A DNA stretch of 63,702 bases from Octopus bimaculoides (GCF_001194135.2 NC_068999.1:16689608-16753309); one strand, 5' to 3'; numbered from the stretch's first letter, positions 12,476 to 26,548 are shown. Numbers and translations are program-made. The notes: generated from the letters alone by a model not told the origin.

Positions 12476-13903
12476 ATTTACGTGCTTTTCTATGTATATT
12501 CCAATGATGAAGGCAGTGCATTTCTTATGCAGAGCCAGAAATCTGGGATCTGGAATTATCCAGTAATTTTTGCTAGTTTATTTTGTCTCTTCGTCTTCTC
12601 TCCTGGTGCTATATGAACATGTAATGTGGTTTTAGAGTCAAGTTTTGACTGCTATTTCCAGCGTGGTGGTATCTCTTAGATACCATAAATTATAATCTTA
12701 TTTATATATATATATATAAATTGACAGAATGAGATAAATACTATGGATAGACCATGGTTAAGCTTACACACACATATATACATATTTACATATATCTACA
12801 AATTCATACATGCACACACATACACATGCATTTACACACACACACGCACACACATATATATATGCGTGTGGTCTGAAAAATCGTATCTCGAATGTTATTG
12901 ATCCTGGGTTGGGTCGTTGACAGTCACCTGTTTATAAACAACGACTTTAACAGAGATACATTACAATTTTGCAATGTTTCCCACATCACGCTCTACTAAC
13001 ACGAGATTTGAGAGATTGAAGAATACGAGTTGTTCTATGGATTGACGTGTGCCAAAACTTTTTGCAATGACTTATGTTAGTTCTAGATTTTTAAAAAATT
13101 CGCTGTTAGGCTTTTGCTTTGTAAAAAACAATATCTTTGTTTTCGTTGCTGAATACTTAGAAGACAATAAAGGCTAGATGTGTCAACCGTCTCAACTGAA
13201 CATTATATCAAATACGGTCAACTTAGATATCTTTGTATTCAAATGTGTATCCAAGGAAGTATAATATATACAGGTAATGAATCAATAGAAGTGTACAAGC
13301 ATCTGCCAAGTGCTGATGCAAAAGAAGCAAAAAATAATCAATATTTACTAAGACTATAAAGTAATACAATAAACATTCATACAAAAATATTTTTCAGTAT
13401 TTTGCCTAATAGATTCATATGTAGCCAAAAGTAAAATACGCTAGGTGATTTGCTATTTATGTTATTTAATTATGTACAATATTTTTGACATCTGGGATAT
13501 AATATTCTCTTACCTACCAACAGTACGGCTTCCATAGAACGATATCTTAAGCGGAACTTCTTACTTATGCACTTACTGTTAATCACATGCCCTTGAGGAA
13601 TTTGGCAAACACAATATCTTTGCATTTGAAATCTGCAAAGCATATAAGAGTATTAGCGGTTCTTTATGTTGTATACACACACCCACACACACACACACAC
13701 ACACGCACATATATCATATGATTTAGCCGTGTGACATAAAAAGACAGAGTGAAGAAAATACTTAAGTTGGTATATCATCTGAATTAATGATAGCAAACAT
13801 ACGAAAGCAGTATGCATACATAATTATATATAATATATAATACATAAATAAATAAACATATATATAGACACACACACACACACACACACACATACACATT
13901 ATA

Positions 13904-13942
<39 letters not shown>

Positions 13943-15060
13943 NNNNNNNNNNNNNNNNNNNNNNNNNNNNNNNNNNNNNNNNNNNNNNNNNNNNNNNNNN
14001 NNNNNNNNNNNNNNNNNNNNNNNNNNNNNNNNNNNNNNNNNNNNNNNNNNNNNNNNNNNNNNNNNNNNNNNNNNNNNNNNNNNNNNNNNNNNNNNNNNNN
14101 NNNNNNNNNNNNNNNNNNNNNNNNNNNNNNNNNNNNNNNNNNNNNNNNNNNNNNNNNNNNNNNNNNNNNNNNNNNNNNNNNNNNNNNNNNNNNNNNNNNN
14201 NNNNNNNNNNNNNNNNNNNNNNNNNNNNNNNNNNNNNNNNNNNNNNNNNNNNNNNNNNNNNNNNNNNNNNNNNNNNNNNNNNNNNNNNNNNNNNNNNNNN
14301 NNNNNNNNNNNNNNNNNNNNNNNNNNNNNNNNNNNNNNNNNNNNNNNNNNNNNNNNNNNNNNNNNNNNNNNNNNNNNNNNNNNNNNNNNNNNNNNNNNNN
14401 NNNNNNNNNNNNNNNNNNNNNNNNNNNNNNNNNNNNNNNNNNNNNNNNNNNNNNNNNNNNNNNNNNNNNNNNNNNNNNNNNNNNNNNNNNNNNNNNNNNN
14501 NNNNNNNNNNNNNNNNNNNNNNNNNNNNNNNNNNNNNNNNNNNNNNNNNNNNNNNNNNNNNNNNNNNNNNNNNNNNNNNNNNNNNNNNNNNNNNNNNNNN
14601 NNNNNNNNNNNNNNNNNNNNNNNNNNNNNNNNNNNNNNNNNNNNNNNNNNNNNNNNNNNNNNNNNNNNNNNNNNNNNNNNNNNNNNNNNNNNNNNNNNNN
14701 NNNNNNNNNNNNNNNNNNNNNNNNNNNNNNNNNNNNNNNNNNNNNNNNNNNNNNNNNNNNNNNNNNNNNNNNNNNNNNNNNNNNNNNNNNNNNNNNNNNN
14801 NNNNNNNNNNNNNNNNNNNNNNNNNNNNNNNNNNNNNNNNNNNNNNNNNNNNNNNNNNNNNNNNNNNNNNNNNNNNNNNNNNNNNNNNNNNNNNNNNNNN
14901 NNNNNNNNNNNNNNNNNNNNNNNNNNNNNNNTATATACAAAAATGTAATTAAAAGAAAAGTTCATAAGTGTTTCTTACTGGTGTCAACATAGTCCACGTT
15001 GGAGCGTTTTTTGTGTGGGGACATAATGGCTATCTAATGCATTGACTTGAATCGTTGGCT

Positions 15061-15093
<33 letters not shown>

Positions 15094-15327
15094 ACCGTGT
15101 TGGTAATGGTAAACGGGAGTGACCTCTATGAATAATAGATGTGCATAAACACATACTCACGCACACACACAGATTACACACAAATGATGAGTGCATCATC
15201 TTGTCAGATGATTACCGTCACACATTCACCTTAGCTCTTCTGTTATACTTTTATCTCTACATGTGCGCGGATATTACTCTCCCGCCAGGAATTCGTTGCC
15301 ATAGCACTTTGTGAAACACAAAACGGA

Positions 15328-15834
15328 TCAAAAAATGAAATCACAATAAGACATCTTTACGCCATTAGATTCAAGTGATAAAACCTTGTACAACTCTTCT
15401 GGCACTTCCTCGGTCAACATGGTAGAGAAGCGTTGCAAGACGATTGGTACTATTTCAACTGCAAGAAGAGCTGCCATCGATTCAGCTTTGTAAAAAATAG
15501 CAGGAGTTTCGTCTACCCCTGGAAAATATATGTAACCAACAGATGGGACCATGACAGGAACTACAGTCCCAGGTTCGAACCAAACGATCCTGGGAGTTAC
15601 GCTAATTAAAGTGCTATTGCACGCTCCCTACAACTCCAGAACTATATTCACTCACAAAGCTTTGTTCACCGCGGGTGGTAACGAAAACTCTTGCCTACAA
15701 TGCCGTGCAAAAGAGGTGAACCCGAAACCTCGTGTCTGCAATGCAACCTTTTTAAACACACAGCCATACTCTAAGGTTTCAGAAAATAACAAGGCTAACA
15801 TATCCATATATATATATATATCTATCAAGTGTGA
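15328..15834 (-). pseudogene. Unidentified coding-like remnant (~165 codons in one frame, two in-frame stops)
   Basis: One frame reads ..EYGCVFKKVALQTRGFGFTSF..KAL*VNIVLEL*GACNSTLISVTPRIVWFEPGTVVPVMVPSVGYIYFPGVDETPAIFYK..EEVPEELYKVL. G-rich first and AT-rich third codon positions. No family recognised. Confidence 0.4.
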
Positions 15835-16261
15835 TCAAATGTAAACGACCGAATACATTTGTAAAGGACACACAAGAAATGTAGATGCATCACACCCAAC
15901 CGAGCTATCATTTCCCACTCTTAATGGTATGTATATCAAAGAAATGCGGAAATTATCAAACTTAGATGGATTGAAAACAATGATAAGCCAAAAGTAGGGA
16001 AGGAAAGAGAAACGTTCCCTATAAAATTATGTCTCTGGTGAAAGATTGAAAAGACGCATATCTCAAACACGGAATTTATTAAATATACAGAACAGATAGT
16101 AAAGAGCAGCATTAGCTGTTGTTGTCTGCTTGTTACTTACAATACAACGAGAATTACAAAAGCTGAACAAAATCTTGTACGCACGCAAAGTGTATCCACC
16201 TGCGTTCCGTAACGTAAGAGAGTACAAAATAAGATATGATTGCTGAATGATAATGATGATG

Positions 16262-16299
<38 letters not shown>

Positions 16300-16300
<1 letters not shown>

Positions 16301-16852
16301 CCCGGATGCAGTACCAGGCAGTGGTTCTCATGGATTCAAATCTTAATTGATTGGAAGTATTATCATGTACATTGTTTTATCTTGGTATAAAAGGTGGGCT
16401 ACTGCAAATATTCTGCTCAATACCACAAATTTGCTTGTCAGTTGTTTGACCTTAACCGTTTGGGCATGTCTCTTGGTGGCTGACGATATGTGCATCTTTG
16501 ATCACGATCAGAAGTAGTGGGGGAGCACCATAGCCATGTGTTTAGAGGAACTCTTCGGGGTTTGAATAATTCACCTTTGGAAACATGGGTATTTTGTTCG
16601 ACATCCTCAAACAACTTTTATTTAAGGACCTTTTGAGCGGGATGGGCTACTCGACCTGAAGAAATTCTAACTGGGCCCCACCTGCGAGGTCATGTGCTGT
16701 TTATCTTGATATGGGATCACCACGTCGCGCACATATGTTTGTGATGCATGTGCCTGGTGTACCCTTATCAGACAGGTAGTCATGATGGGTATAATCGGCT
16801 TCGTATATTTTACCCCAGTGTCACTTTGATGGCATGCACTGCTCTCTCACTC
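16300..16852. mobile_element. Non-coding ~550-bp interspersed element embedded in an (AAT)n array
   Basis: GC-richer block with sharp edges, (AAT)n immediately on both sides, and no long ORF. That it is high-copy is from recall only. Confidence 0.6.
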
Positions 16853-17824
16853 AATAATAATAATAATGATAATGATAATTGATTAAAATTTCGGTACTAG
16901 GCTACCAATTTTGAGAGGAGGATATTTGCCGAGTATACCTATTGCAATACAAGGATGGTTCTTGGTTATATTGATTTGCTTGCCATTCTAGAGAGGCAAA
17001 GAACTTAAAGATCTGGGAAAAATGCTTCTAAGTACTTTCTCTTTTGCATTAATATTATATATTAATATACAAGAAGTGAGAAAATTATGTGTAATAAATA
17101 AATGAATAAATATGTGAAATATCGAAAAGAAGCAGGAATAAGATGGAGTGATATACTGATTAAAAGAGACATGTTAATAGTTACATACACAGTTAATATT
17201 CTTAGAGATATATCAAAAGATATGATTATATAAGATTGGATATATATTCACGTATATGCATATATATAGAGAGGTGTCAATCTATCTGCATGACTATATA
17301 TATAAACCTGATTGTATGTGCATGTATATACATATATATTTATATACATGTATATATCTATATGCATGTATGTATTAACACATACTCAATGTTATAGTAA
17401 TAGGTTCTTAACTATTTGCATTCAAATAAATAAGGCCTAAGATATATATACATGTGTGTATGTGGGTACATACATGTATTTATGTCTGTGTTTGTATATA
17501 TATATATATATGTTTGTATGTAAGTATTAACTCCCTCTCCCTCTTTCTCACACACACCCTCACACACATACACACGCATACACACACACACACACACACA
17601 ATGTATATATTGCATGACAAATCAATGGCGAAGATGAAAAGTCAAGAGTCGTGTTATGCAGGAAAAAATATTAATTTTTGTTTTTGAATATAAAATATCC
17701 GTAAGCGTATAAGCTAAAAGTTTAGTATTATATAGGTTATCAATAATATATATATAACAGGCGTCAACACACACATATATATTTTTTTGTGTGCATACAT
17801 ATTTGCGTGTATATGCTTATGTGT

Positions 17825-17860
<36 letters not shown>

Positions 17861-18516
17861 ATAAATAGAAGTATATACAAAGCATAAGTGCTTGTGCGTG
17901 TATGTTTGTAAATTTAACTCGTGTTTTTCTATTGCAAGAAGAATATATACTTAATCAAGTACATAAAACATTTTATACACAATTTATATACCTCCATAAA
18001 GTGGATAGACACAGCACACACGCACATATATAATTGAACGCAATTTTAGATAGACTATAACACAGTCATACACACATAAATCTGTATACACTCACACACA
18101 CACACACACACACACACAAAGACTGAGAGGGCGAGAGAGAGAGAGAGAGTGAAAGAGAGAGATAGAGAGAAAATGGAGAGAGGCTCTTATATACAGAGAT
18201 TTGGGTAAAGAGATAGATAGAGATAAGTAATATGATCTATATACATATCTATATCACTGGGAAATGTGTTTTTTTTCTGCAGTATTTAATGTACTGAAAG
18301 CTGTTTATTCATGTCACGCACACCGACGCATGCACTGTTTGTGTGTGACGGCATGAATATTCTGCGTATGAGTACGTTATCGTCATCTTTAATATTTATC
18401 CTACTACCGTTTAACCAGTCCTATCCATCTCCACAATCATTCTCAGTGTATATCGTTAAATGTGCAGCCTTGTTGAGCTCCTATTTTATAGCCTTTTCTT
18501 TTTTTTACGATCTCTG

Positions 18517-18720
18517 TTACCCTTCACAATTTCGCTGAATACTCATATATATTTGTTTATTTATCGAGTTATCATAAAAACAATTTGACATTCCTCTGAA
18601 GAAGTACTCAATACATTTTGAATAGTAGAGATTTATCATACTTTTACAAGATAAGGGAAAACAGTGAATTCGAAATATCAGTCTGTTAGTTTTCGTTGGC
18701 CTGTGGTACAACTGTCGGTT
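18517..18720 (-). mobile_element. Possible Penelope-like thumb-region remnant
   Basis: LYHRPTKTNRLIFRIHCFPLSCKSMI loosely resembles YRKPTxTxRYLxFxSxHPxxxKxS. Single weak motif. Confidence 0.3.
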
Positions 18721-20223
18721 ATCTTGGCTTTATACAGTCTCTGTAAAGTTGTTGTTTTCTGGGGTAGGTTGAACTACGGGGAATGACAGTTCGGTTTAAT
18801 GTATATAAAGCTGGAAGTTAGATGTATGTGCTGTGATAAGTGGTGATAGTAGCCAAGTATGATTGTTTGGTCAGTACTGATGGAAATACATAATAGAGGG
18901 TTTGATCGTTTGAAGTTAGAGTTGTGTTATTGTTCAGAGTTCAGTGTAAGCGTCTAAACTGTTTTAATCAAGTGTGTCTAGTTCAGATGAATGGAATTCA
19001 GATCATGTGGTTGTTAGTATAGAAATTCAGCTATTGTTGCGTTTCAGGCTCCAAAATTAATGTAAGTAGATATTTAAGGTCAGTTATTCAGCAGGTGTTT
19101 AATTGGGGTTTCAATGTTGTTGATGATGTTTGATCCCCATTTTGAAAAATAACCTGTGTACTTTGGGACTAACCAATTTCTATCCTAACAATCCCTTTGC
19201 ATGCCTTTCAACCAGCGATAAGAAATAACAACCAAGACAAAGACGTGCATAGTCCTATATACACAGACGCGCACACTTATTTACACGCAAGGCTTACACT
19301 CTAGTCTAATCTTCTATGCAGATGAAAGGAAACCAGCTGTTCTGAAGTGAAGTTCTGTATAATATTGGTACGCCTATACAAAATACAACCACAGAAATGT
19401 CTTGGTATATGTAAATGAAAATCATGAGCAATGTATTTAGTAAACATATATAGTTTCCATGTGAAGATATAAATCTTTAAATGAAGCATATAATCTTTTA
19501 ATCGACGGATGTGCTTTATCTTTGTTGAGACTCATCAGGGACGAATACATCAGTTTACAAACAATCAAGGGACAAAGATCCTATCTTTTTGACAAAAAAA
19601 AAAAATGAACAACCAGCGTTTTACAAGATTAAAGCATGTACATAACGTAACGAATTGAAGGGCTGCGATTAATTATAGCAAATAACAAAATATCCTAATT
19701 CAGCTTTGTGCTAAATAATGGTGCATATGAAATTCCTTTACAAAACATTTAACGCACATGCATATCTCGTTGCGATTACATAACTTGAAAATAATTCCTC
19801 ATAAGTGGTACTTATTTTTTTTTTATACTTCTACGTATATTTGTGAATACACCAATAGAGAATTGTTCTTTCTCCCTGTTTATATATTTATCTATTTATT
19901 TATCATTTATTTTTTGTAACTTCGTTTTTTCTTATTCAGATTATTGGTAGCAGCGAGTTGAAACGTCCCAGTGGAATATGGAGCCTCTCTTGTATGTGAT
20001 TAACGTATTTTTTTTTTTTACAGTAACCTGTGAAATGTTAATATTTTATTGATAGCTTATGTCATCACGACAGGTTTGCTTGTAGATATTAGACGGTTCG
20101 GATTACTTAGCGAACGATGCTGTGTTTATACAGTAGCGTAAATGTTAGACCACCAAGTGTTGTGTAGAAACAGACACACACACACATACAGAGTCAAATG
20201 GGCACATGTCTGTGTGCACATAC

Positions 20224-20225
<2 letters not shown>

Positions 20226-20284
<59 letters not shown>

Positions 20285-20570
20285 AACGTACATATATAGT
20301 TACAACAATATACATTCATACATGAAAAGTTAAACACAATTTATATCTATATTATATCTATATTTATATACATACGTACGAGCACATACCTACCTACCTA
20401 CCTACTTACCTACCTACCTACTTACTTATCTATCTACATGCATCCATGCATACATACACACACACACGTACATACATGCATACGTACATGCGTACGTACA
20501 TGCATACATACACACGTACATATACGCACACTTACATACACGCATACATACGTACATGCAAGCATACCTA
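20226..20570. repeat. (TG)n, (CCTA)n and (CATA/CGTA)n microsatellite region
   Basis: Direct reading. Confidence 0.92.
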
Positions 20571-22324
20571 TATTCATCATAATCTCAGTGCATTCTGTAT
20601 TTGCACGTTACTGAATGTGTGCTTGTGTATGTCAGCATGTATGCATTAAACAACATTTCTTATGCTTTGGATTTTTGCTCCAAATTATTTTTGAGTTGTC
20701 ATGACCCATAAAAACAATATCTGTTTTACTATCACACATCCAATTCAGTTTACATGCGCACGTGTTTGTATATGCTTCTTAATGCATATTAGGAACATAG
20801 AGGAACTTTAATATGGCATAGTTATATTCTTATATCTGTGGTCATAAAGCAAACGCACTTTGATATATGCATACAAATATTACAGTGATAATACTTCGTA
20901 TATATTACTTTGTTTCTTGTGTATTTCCGCGAATGCATGTATACTGTTTTTATCTCACGTTTTCCTATTCTTTAGACACAGATACTCACTTATACAAACT
21001 CAAACAAAGATACACATGCGCACACATGTACATACACGAACACACAGACATACGCAAATCAATTTTTATGCGTGTATATCTATTAAGCTAGATGTTGTCT
21101 CCAGCTAGAAATGTGTAATGCCTCTAACTCAGCGTGGTCTTGTTACTATAATCGTAATACTAAAATATTTTGCAATTATGTTTTCCAAAAGTATGTTGAT
21201 TGCATTAAAAAAAAAATTCACATACCGGAGGCTTCTCGCTGAAAACACCACTGGCAACACGCAGTTATATATATAAACTCATATAAACACACCTAAAAAG
21301 GAACTCATACACATATATGTACACATGCACGCACACATATATACTCACACGGGGATATAGCTATATACAGCATATAAAGAAGAATGTCAATGGTAGCACA
21401 CGGCTCTACTTTAAATTATAAATGGTATCAGAAGAAGCATAAAAATATACAAACACACCCACACGCATATACATGTAATTATATGTTGATACATCTATAT
21501 TTACACACACACACACACACACACGTGTATATATATATATANNNNNNNNNNTTGAAACGTTCGGTATTAAAAACAAAGTTTTTCAAGTTGTTCTTCAAAA
21601 GACGTCTTTTAATTAAAACGGATTTTATTTTCGAATATTCTTTATATTTCTTTATTAGTCCTTTTATTTTTATTATTTTTTGAGGGGTTAGTTTAGATTA
21701 TCAGTCTTCCTGAATCCAAGAAAGCTAACGTTGCAACACCGTTTCAATTTATTTTAAAATTTAACCAGTGTCATGGCGTACAATAAGCGCGATCAGCGCT
21801 GACCGACAAAGGGTTATTGAGAATAACTTTATAGCAAATAAAATTCATCAATGCTGGATTTAAAGTCATATGATCTAAATCCCACTAGATCTTTTATATC
21901 ATGAATTTTTTTATGGTTGCAACATCGTTTACGTGCGTTTAAATTTAGGTTCTCTGTTGCTATAAGTAGAGCTATAATATTTAAGCATATTTTATTCTGT
22001 TTAAAATCTCTAATGCTGTAACAAGTATATGTTTCCATTTTATTTTGAGCATTACATTATCATTCCATACAAGGCTTCTTGCTGTAAAGGTTTCTTATTG
22101 TAAATATATGGTACGCTGCCGAGAAAGAGTTGTTTTATAACATTGTGGCGGGGGGGTGGGGTTGTTTTGTGTTTATGCGTGCTGTTTGTGTGTGCGTGTG
22201 TGTGTTCCTCGGGCGCGTGTTTCATACTTTCAGCTGGTTTAATGTGATAACTTGTAATTTGCAATTGTTCAGGAAAGATATACATGATATATAATGTCAA
22301 TTTAAAATTGAAAGTAACGACACA

Positions 22325-22442
22325 CACTAGTGTACACATATACATATGTGCACATGTTTATATGTATATATGCATACATAATTACACATATATACACACA
22401 CACATATACATTTATATACTTATATAGATATATATATATAAT

Positions 22443-22502
<60 letters not shown>

Positions 22503-23023
22503 TACATACACACACACATATATATATATATATATACATACAGAGAAAGAGAGAGAGAGAGAGGGAGAGAGCATAATGTCTAAATAATGAGAAAACAAAA
22601 GCAAATATTTCAGTACACCAAGCGTTCAATAGATGTTTATTGATTTTAACGTGAACGATTAAACTTTGTTAGGTGACGAATAAAAGTAGTTTCAAGACTC
22701 AGCCGTCTTGAAGAAGAGATTCGATGAGATAGCGAGAGAAAATGCCAGCTGTCCTTCTAATTATTGGAACCATTGATACGCAAAGATATCGATAGCTTCG
22801 TCTATACACTCATCAAACTCCGCGGTGTGGCTGTCATTGATAAGGTTATTTAGTAACAGCGCACGCACGCACGAGCACACATTTGCACCTGCCCATTTAC
22901 TTATGTACACAATACACGCACAGGTACATCCATGCATGCACATACGCTCATATACATACATGCATACACACGGGGATACGCACACACATACACACATACA
23001 AACATACATACATACATATATGC

Positions 23024-23054
<31 letters not shown>

Positions 23055-23260
23055 TAGATAGATAGATAGATAGAGATAGATAGATAGATAGATAGATACA
23101 AATATATATTAAATACTTCTGCTTTTGTGCATCTCTGTATCTCTTTATCTCTCGATTGATCTATCTATCTATCTATCTATCTCTTTGTTTGTCTGTCTGT
23201 CTATCTCTCTCTATATGTCTATATATACATACACTCACACACACATACAGACACACACAC
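22325..23260. repeat. Two compound microsatellite blocks ((AT)/(AC)/(AG); (GATA)/(CTAT))
   Basis: Direct reading; a unique spacer lies at about 22575-22900. Confidence 0.9.
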
Positions 23261-23262
23261 AG

Positions 23263-23395
23263 ACCAATCCTCCCCAAGCGAGAGCTTCAGAACCAATCCT
23301 CCCCGAGCGATAGCTTCAGATGTCTGGTTTTCTGGATTCTAAGGCGAATATATCTCCTCATCCTGGACAGGACGACAATCCATCTCAGGGTCAGT
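23263..23395 (-). mobile_element. Diverged V-domain-like SINE fragment ending in a 29-bp tandem duplication
   Basis: Minus strand GAGATGGATTGTCGTCCTGTCCAGGATGAGGAGATATATTCGCC resembles 55001-55040. Duplication units at 23263-23291 and 23292-23320 differ at 2 positions. Confidence 0.5.
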
Positions 23396-24771
23396 AATTT
23401 TTGTCAGCTGAATGACATGCTAAGATAACAACGTGAAATGATAATAAGGTAACAAAGAAACGCCCGGCCGTGAAATCGAAACTACAATGTTACGATCATT
23501 TGTGCAACACTAACCCCTAAGCAAACTGCCTCCATACACATACACATACGCACACACATGCATACACTAAACTGATGAATATGCCCCTAAGTAAATGTTT
23601 TTTTCTCGTGACTTCATATTTATACATTATTCCTTTCAGTTAAGTTCTCTGCAGTAACGTTTTTTAAGTCCATTAGCGTTCCATGCCTTTCCTGGGATCG
23701 TTGTATGAATGAAGTGATGATACAGAAACTTCTTTCCTTCAAAGGAGTATAGACAAAGAAACCTTATTTTCCGAAGTAAATATAGGAAATAAAGAATAAA
23801 AAGCTGCACTACTGGGTAGTGTTCTTAACATTACATGTTTGAGAGAAAAGCTCTGCACCTTTCTATTTAAATCGTGCATATACATGTCCTAAAAACGTTT
23901 TACTATAAAAGCATATTGCTTATATATATATATGAATGGAAGCCTTAGGCTTTTATACCCAACCTACATTATATATATATATATAGATAGATATAGATAT
24001 AAATAGATAGATAGATATTGAAAGAGATACATACATACCTAAATAAATATATACATGCATACATACACACACACCTTCCATACAAACATAGAAATAGACA
24101 ACGAGATATGAACCATATATGGCTATAAGAATTTTCACACGCACACACACACACATTTTTATCTTTATTTGGCAACATAAAATAAGTGATGTTTTCGACA
24201 TATTTGGGAAATCAGAAATAAACAATATCATGATTTATGCGAATGACCACTGCACTGAATAATCTAAGGTGCCTTAGCATAAAAAAGAATAGGCTACGTC
24301 ACAGTTACAAATACACCTACAGATATGTTTACCTACGTAAATAAGCATCAGTGAACAATTTTCTAAATATACATATAGCAAGAAAAACACGAATCTAAAT
24401 GTAGACTACTATAATATTCGAACTGATACTGAAGCTTTAATCTTTCATTAACACTTTGTTTACTCTTACTCTTCATTACGAAGACAAAATTAACTGTGTG
24501 AGAATTATTTTCATATTATAACATTACTGAGTGTTTTCGTTATTTATTATAGTAAGTCTTCTACAAATTTGTATTTATATTATGACAGAATCTCCCGTGG
24601 AGGACGACATATGAGCATTCAGCTTTTGCTGAATAACTGCACAAGTCTATGTACAGCATAGAAACTCACTCACTCCATCAGACTGATGTTGTTGGTATAC
24701 ATACGTACATACATATTATATATATATATATATATGCATAAATAGAACGAGAGAGATATATGAATACATAC

Positions 24772-24819
<48 letters not shown>

Positions 24820-24846
24820 ATATATTTATCATACATACATACATAC

Positions 24847-24879
<33 letters not shown>

Positions 24880-24881
<2 letters not shown>

Positions 24882-25050
24882 CGAGGGAGTGGGAAAATGA
24901 GTGAAGGGCACTCAATAAATTTATTGGGTGTTACATGCATGAATCAAAACAGTTTGATTTAAATTCGTTGGTACTCTTGAATTTCAAGCGTGAGGCTAGA
25001 CGTCAGACATTTTGAATTACAAAATGGCTAACGACTTGTTTCACGCTTGG
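24880..25050 (+). mobile_element. Possible mariner-type terminal fragment
   Basis: Starts TA-CGAGGG directly after (TA)n. The segment GTCAGACATTTTGAATTACAAA recurs as GTCGGACATTTGAATTACAAA at about 9060-9080. Confidence 0.35.
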
Positions 25051-25377
25051 AACTCAAGTTTACGAATGAATTTTAATTAAACTGTTTTGATACATACATA
25101 TATAAATACACACACACACACACATATATATATGCATGTATATATATATTCATTTATGTATGCAAGTATACATGTATCTACCTAAATCACTCTTTTATAC
25201 CTGTTTGTATGAGGGTGTACTATCCGCATGGGAGTCGACTCCCACGAGGATAAGAAATCCTTCTTTTTCTTTCGAGGGCTTATATGCCCTTCTATCAGAC
25301 TATTTTCCTAAGTTATTGTACGGTGATCGACATAAGCTTTAAGCTTATATGAAAATACCATAATTATTATTTACAGC

Positions 25378-25431
<54 letters not shown>

Positions 25432-25693
25432 CTAAGTTTTACTTGTAGCTACTTTCGAACAATGATTTAAAGTTAGTATCTAGGAATTTTGACATAAAGA
25501 TTTTCATCGAAATTAATCATAGTCGTTGAAACAAAATAAAATATATCTGCGTATCGCGTGAAATACGACGTCACTGGTGATCTCTGTGTTGGGTCTAAAA
25601 CAGATAGTAAACTGTTGAACATTATCTGCAAGTCAAGTCGATATTATGTGTTTGACTTGCATACGCAGTAATAAATTATTTACCACATCTTTT

Positions 25694-25696
<3 letters not shown>

Positions 25697-25731
<35 letters not shown>

Positions 25732-25744
25732 CAGACATACATCC

Positions 25745-25789
<45 letters not shown>

Positions 25790-26548
25790 TATATATATTC
25801 GTGTGAGCATGAGCATATGTATGTATGTATGTATGCATGTGCAGAAATACATGCCTATAAGCGTGCATGCATGTCTGTGTTTCCAGAATATCTGATAGTA
25901 GGTAGTTAAATTGATTAAGGATGGGAAACATAACATGATACACCGAATGGGAATCATATTAGTGGAAAGATAAAGGGATTGCATGCATATACACACCTGT
26001 GTGTATATAAGCACACTCATATATATGCATGCACATACACACACACATACACATATATATCTATATATCTATATATATAAATACTTCTACATTTACATGT
26101 ATGCACACACATATAAGCATACATATACATATATATATATATATATATATGGTGAGAGAGACATGTGTGTATCGATGTGCGTTTGTGATGAGAGAGGGAG
26201 TGAATGAGAAAGGAAAAGAAAGCATGCATAATGGTTAAATTGATTAAGGGTAACAAAGATACTAAAGAAAATAGCAGCGATGAAGAAAGGAAAGATACGT
26301 TGTTTTCAGTACTGAGATGCGTTACATTTCTATAGTATCATCAAAATTGGTTTGAACTTAAATTACCATTCGCCGCCAACGATTTCTACTGCGTTGTTTC
26401 AAGACACAGGTTCATACGCAGAGAAAGAGATAGAGAAAGAAAGAGAGAGTCTGAGTGGTATGTGCAAAAGCATACACGTATATATGTATGTATGAATGTA
26501 TGTATATATATATATGTATATATATATATGTGTGCATATATATGTATG

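Noticed and set aside
19500-19545. Minus-strand CCCTGATGAGTC
   Set aside because: No complementary stem II arm followed by GAAA was found downstream.
21552-21820. Possible piggyBac-like end (..CAAAGGGTTA)
   Set aside because: The TTAA target is imperfect and the other end is lost in a gap; unsupported.
22691-22712. 8-bp hairpin TTCAAGAC/GTCTTGAA
   Set aside because: AT-rich, short, and without terminator or ribozyme context.
26367-26388. Minus-strand mini-exon reading (E)IVGGE, like a trypsin N-terminus
   Set aside because: No other serine-protease motifs (HC, DIAL, GDSGGP) anywhere in the window; chance match.
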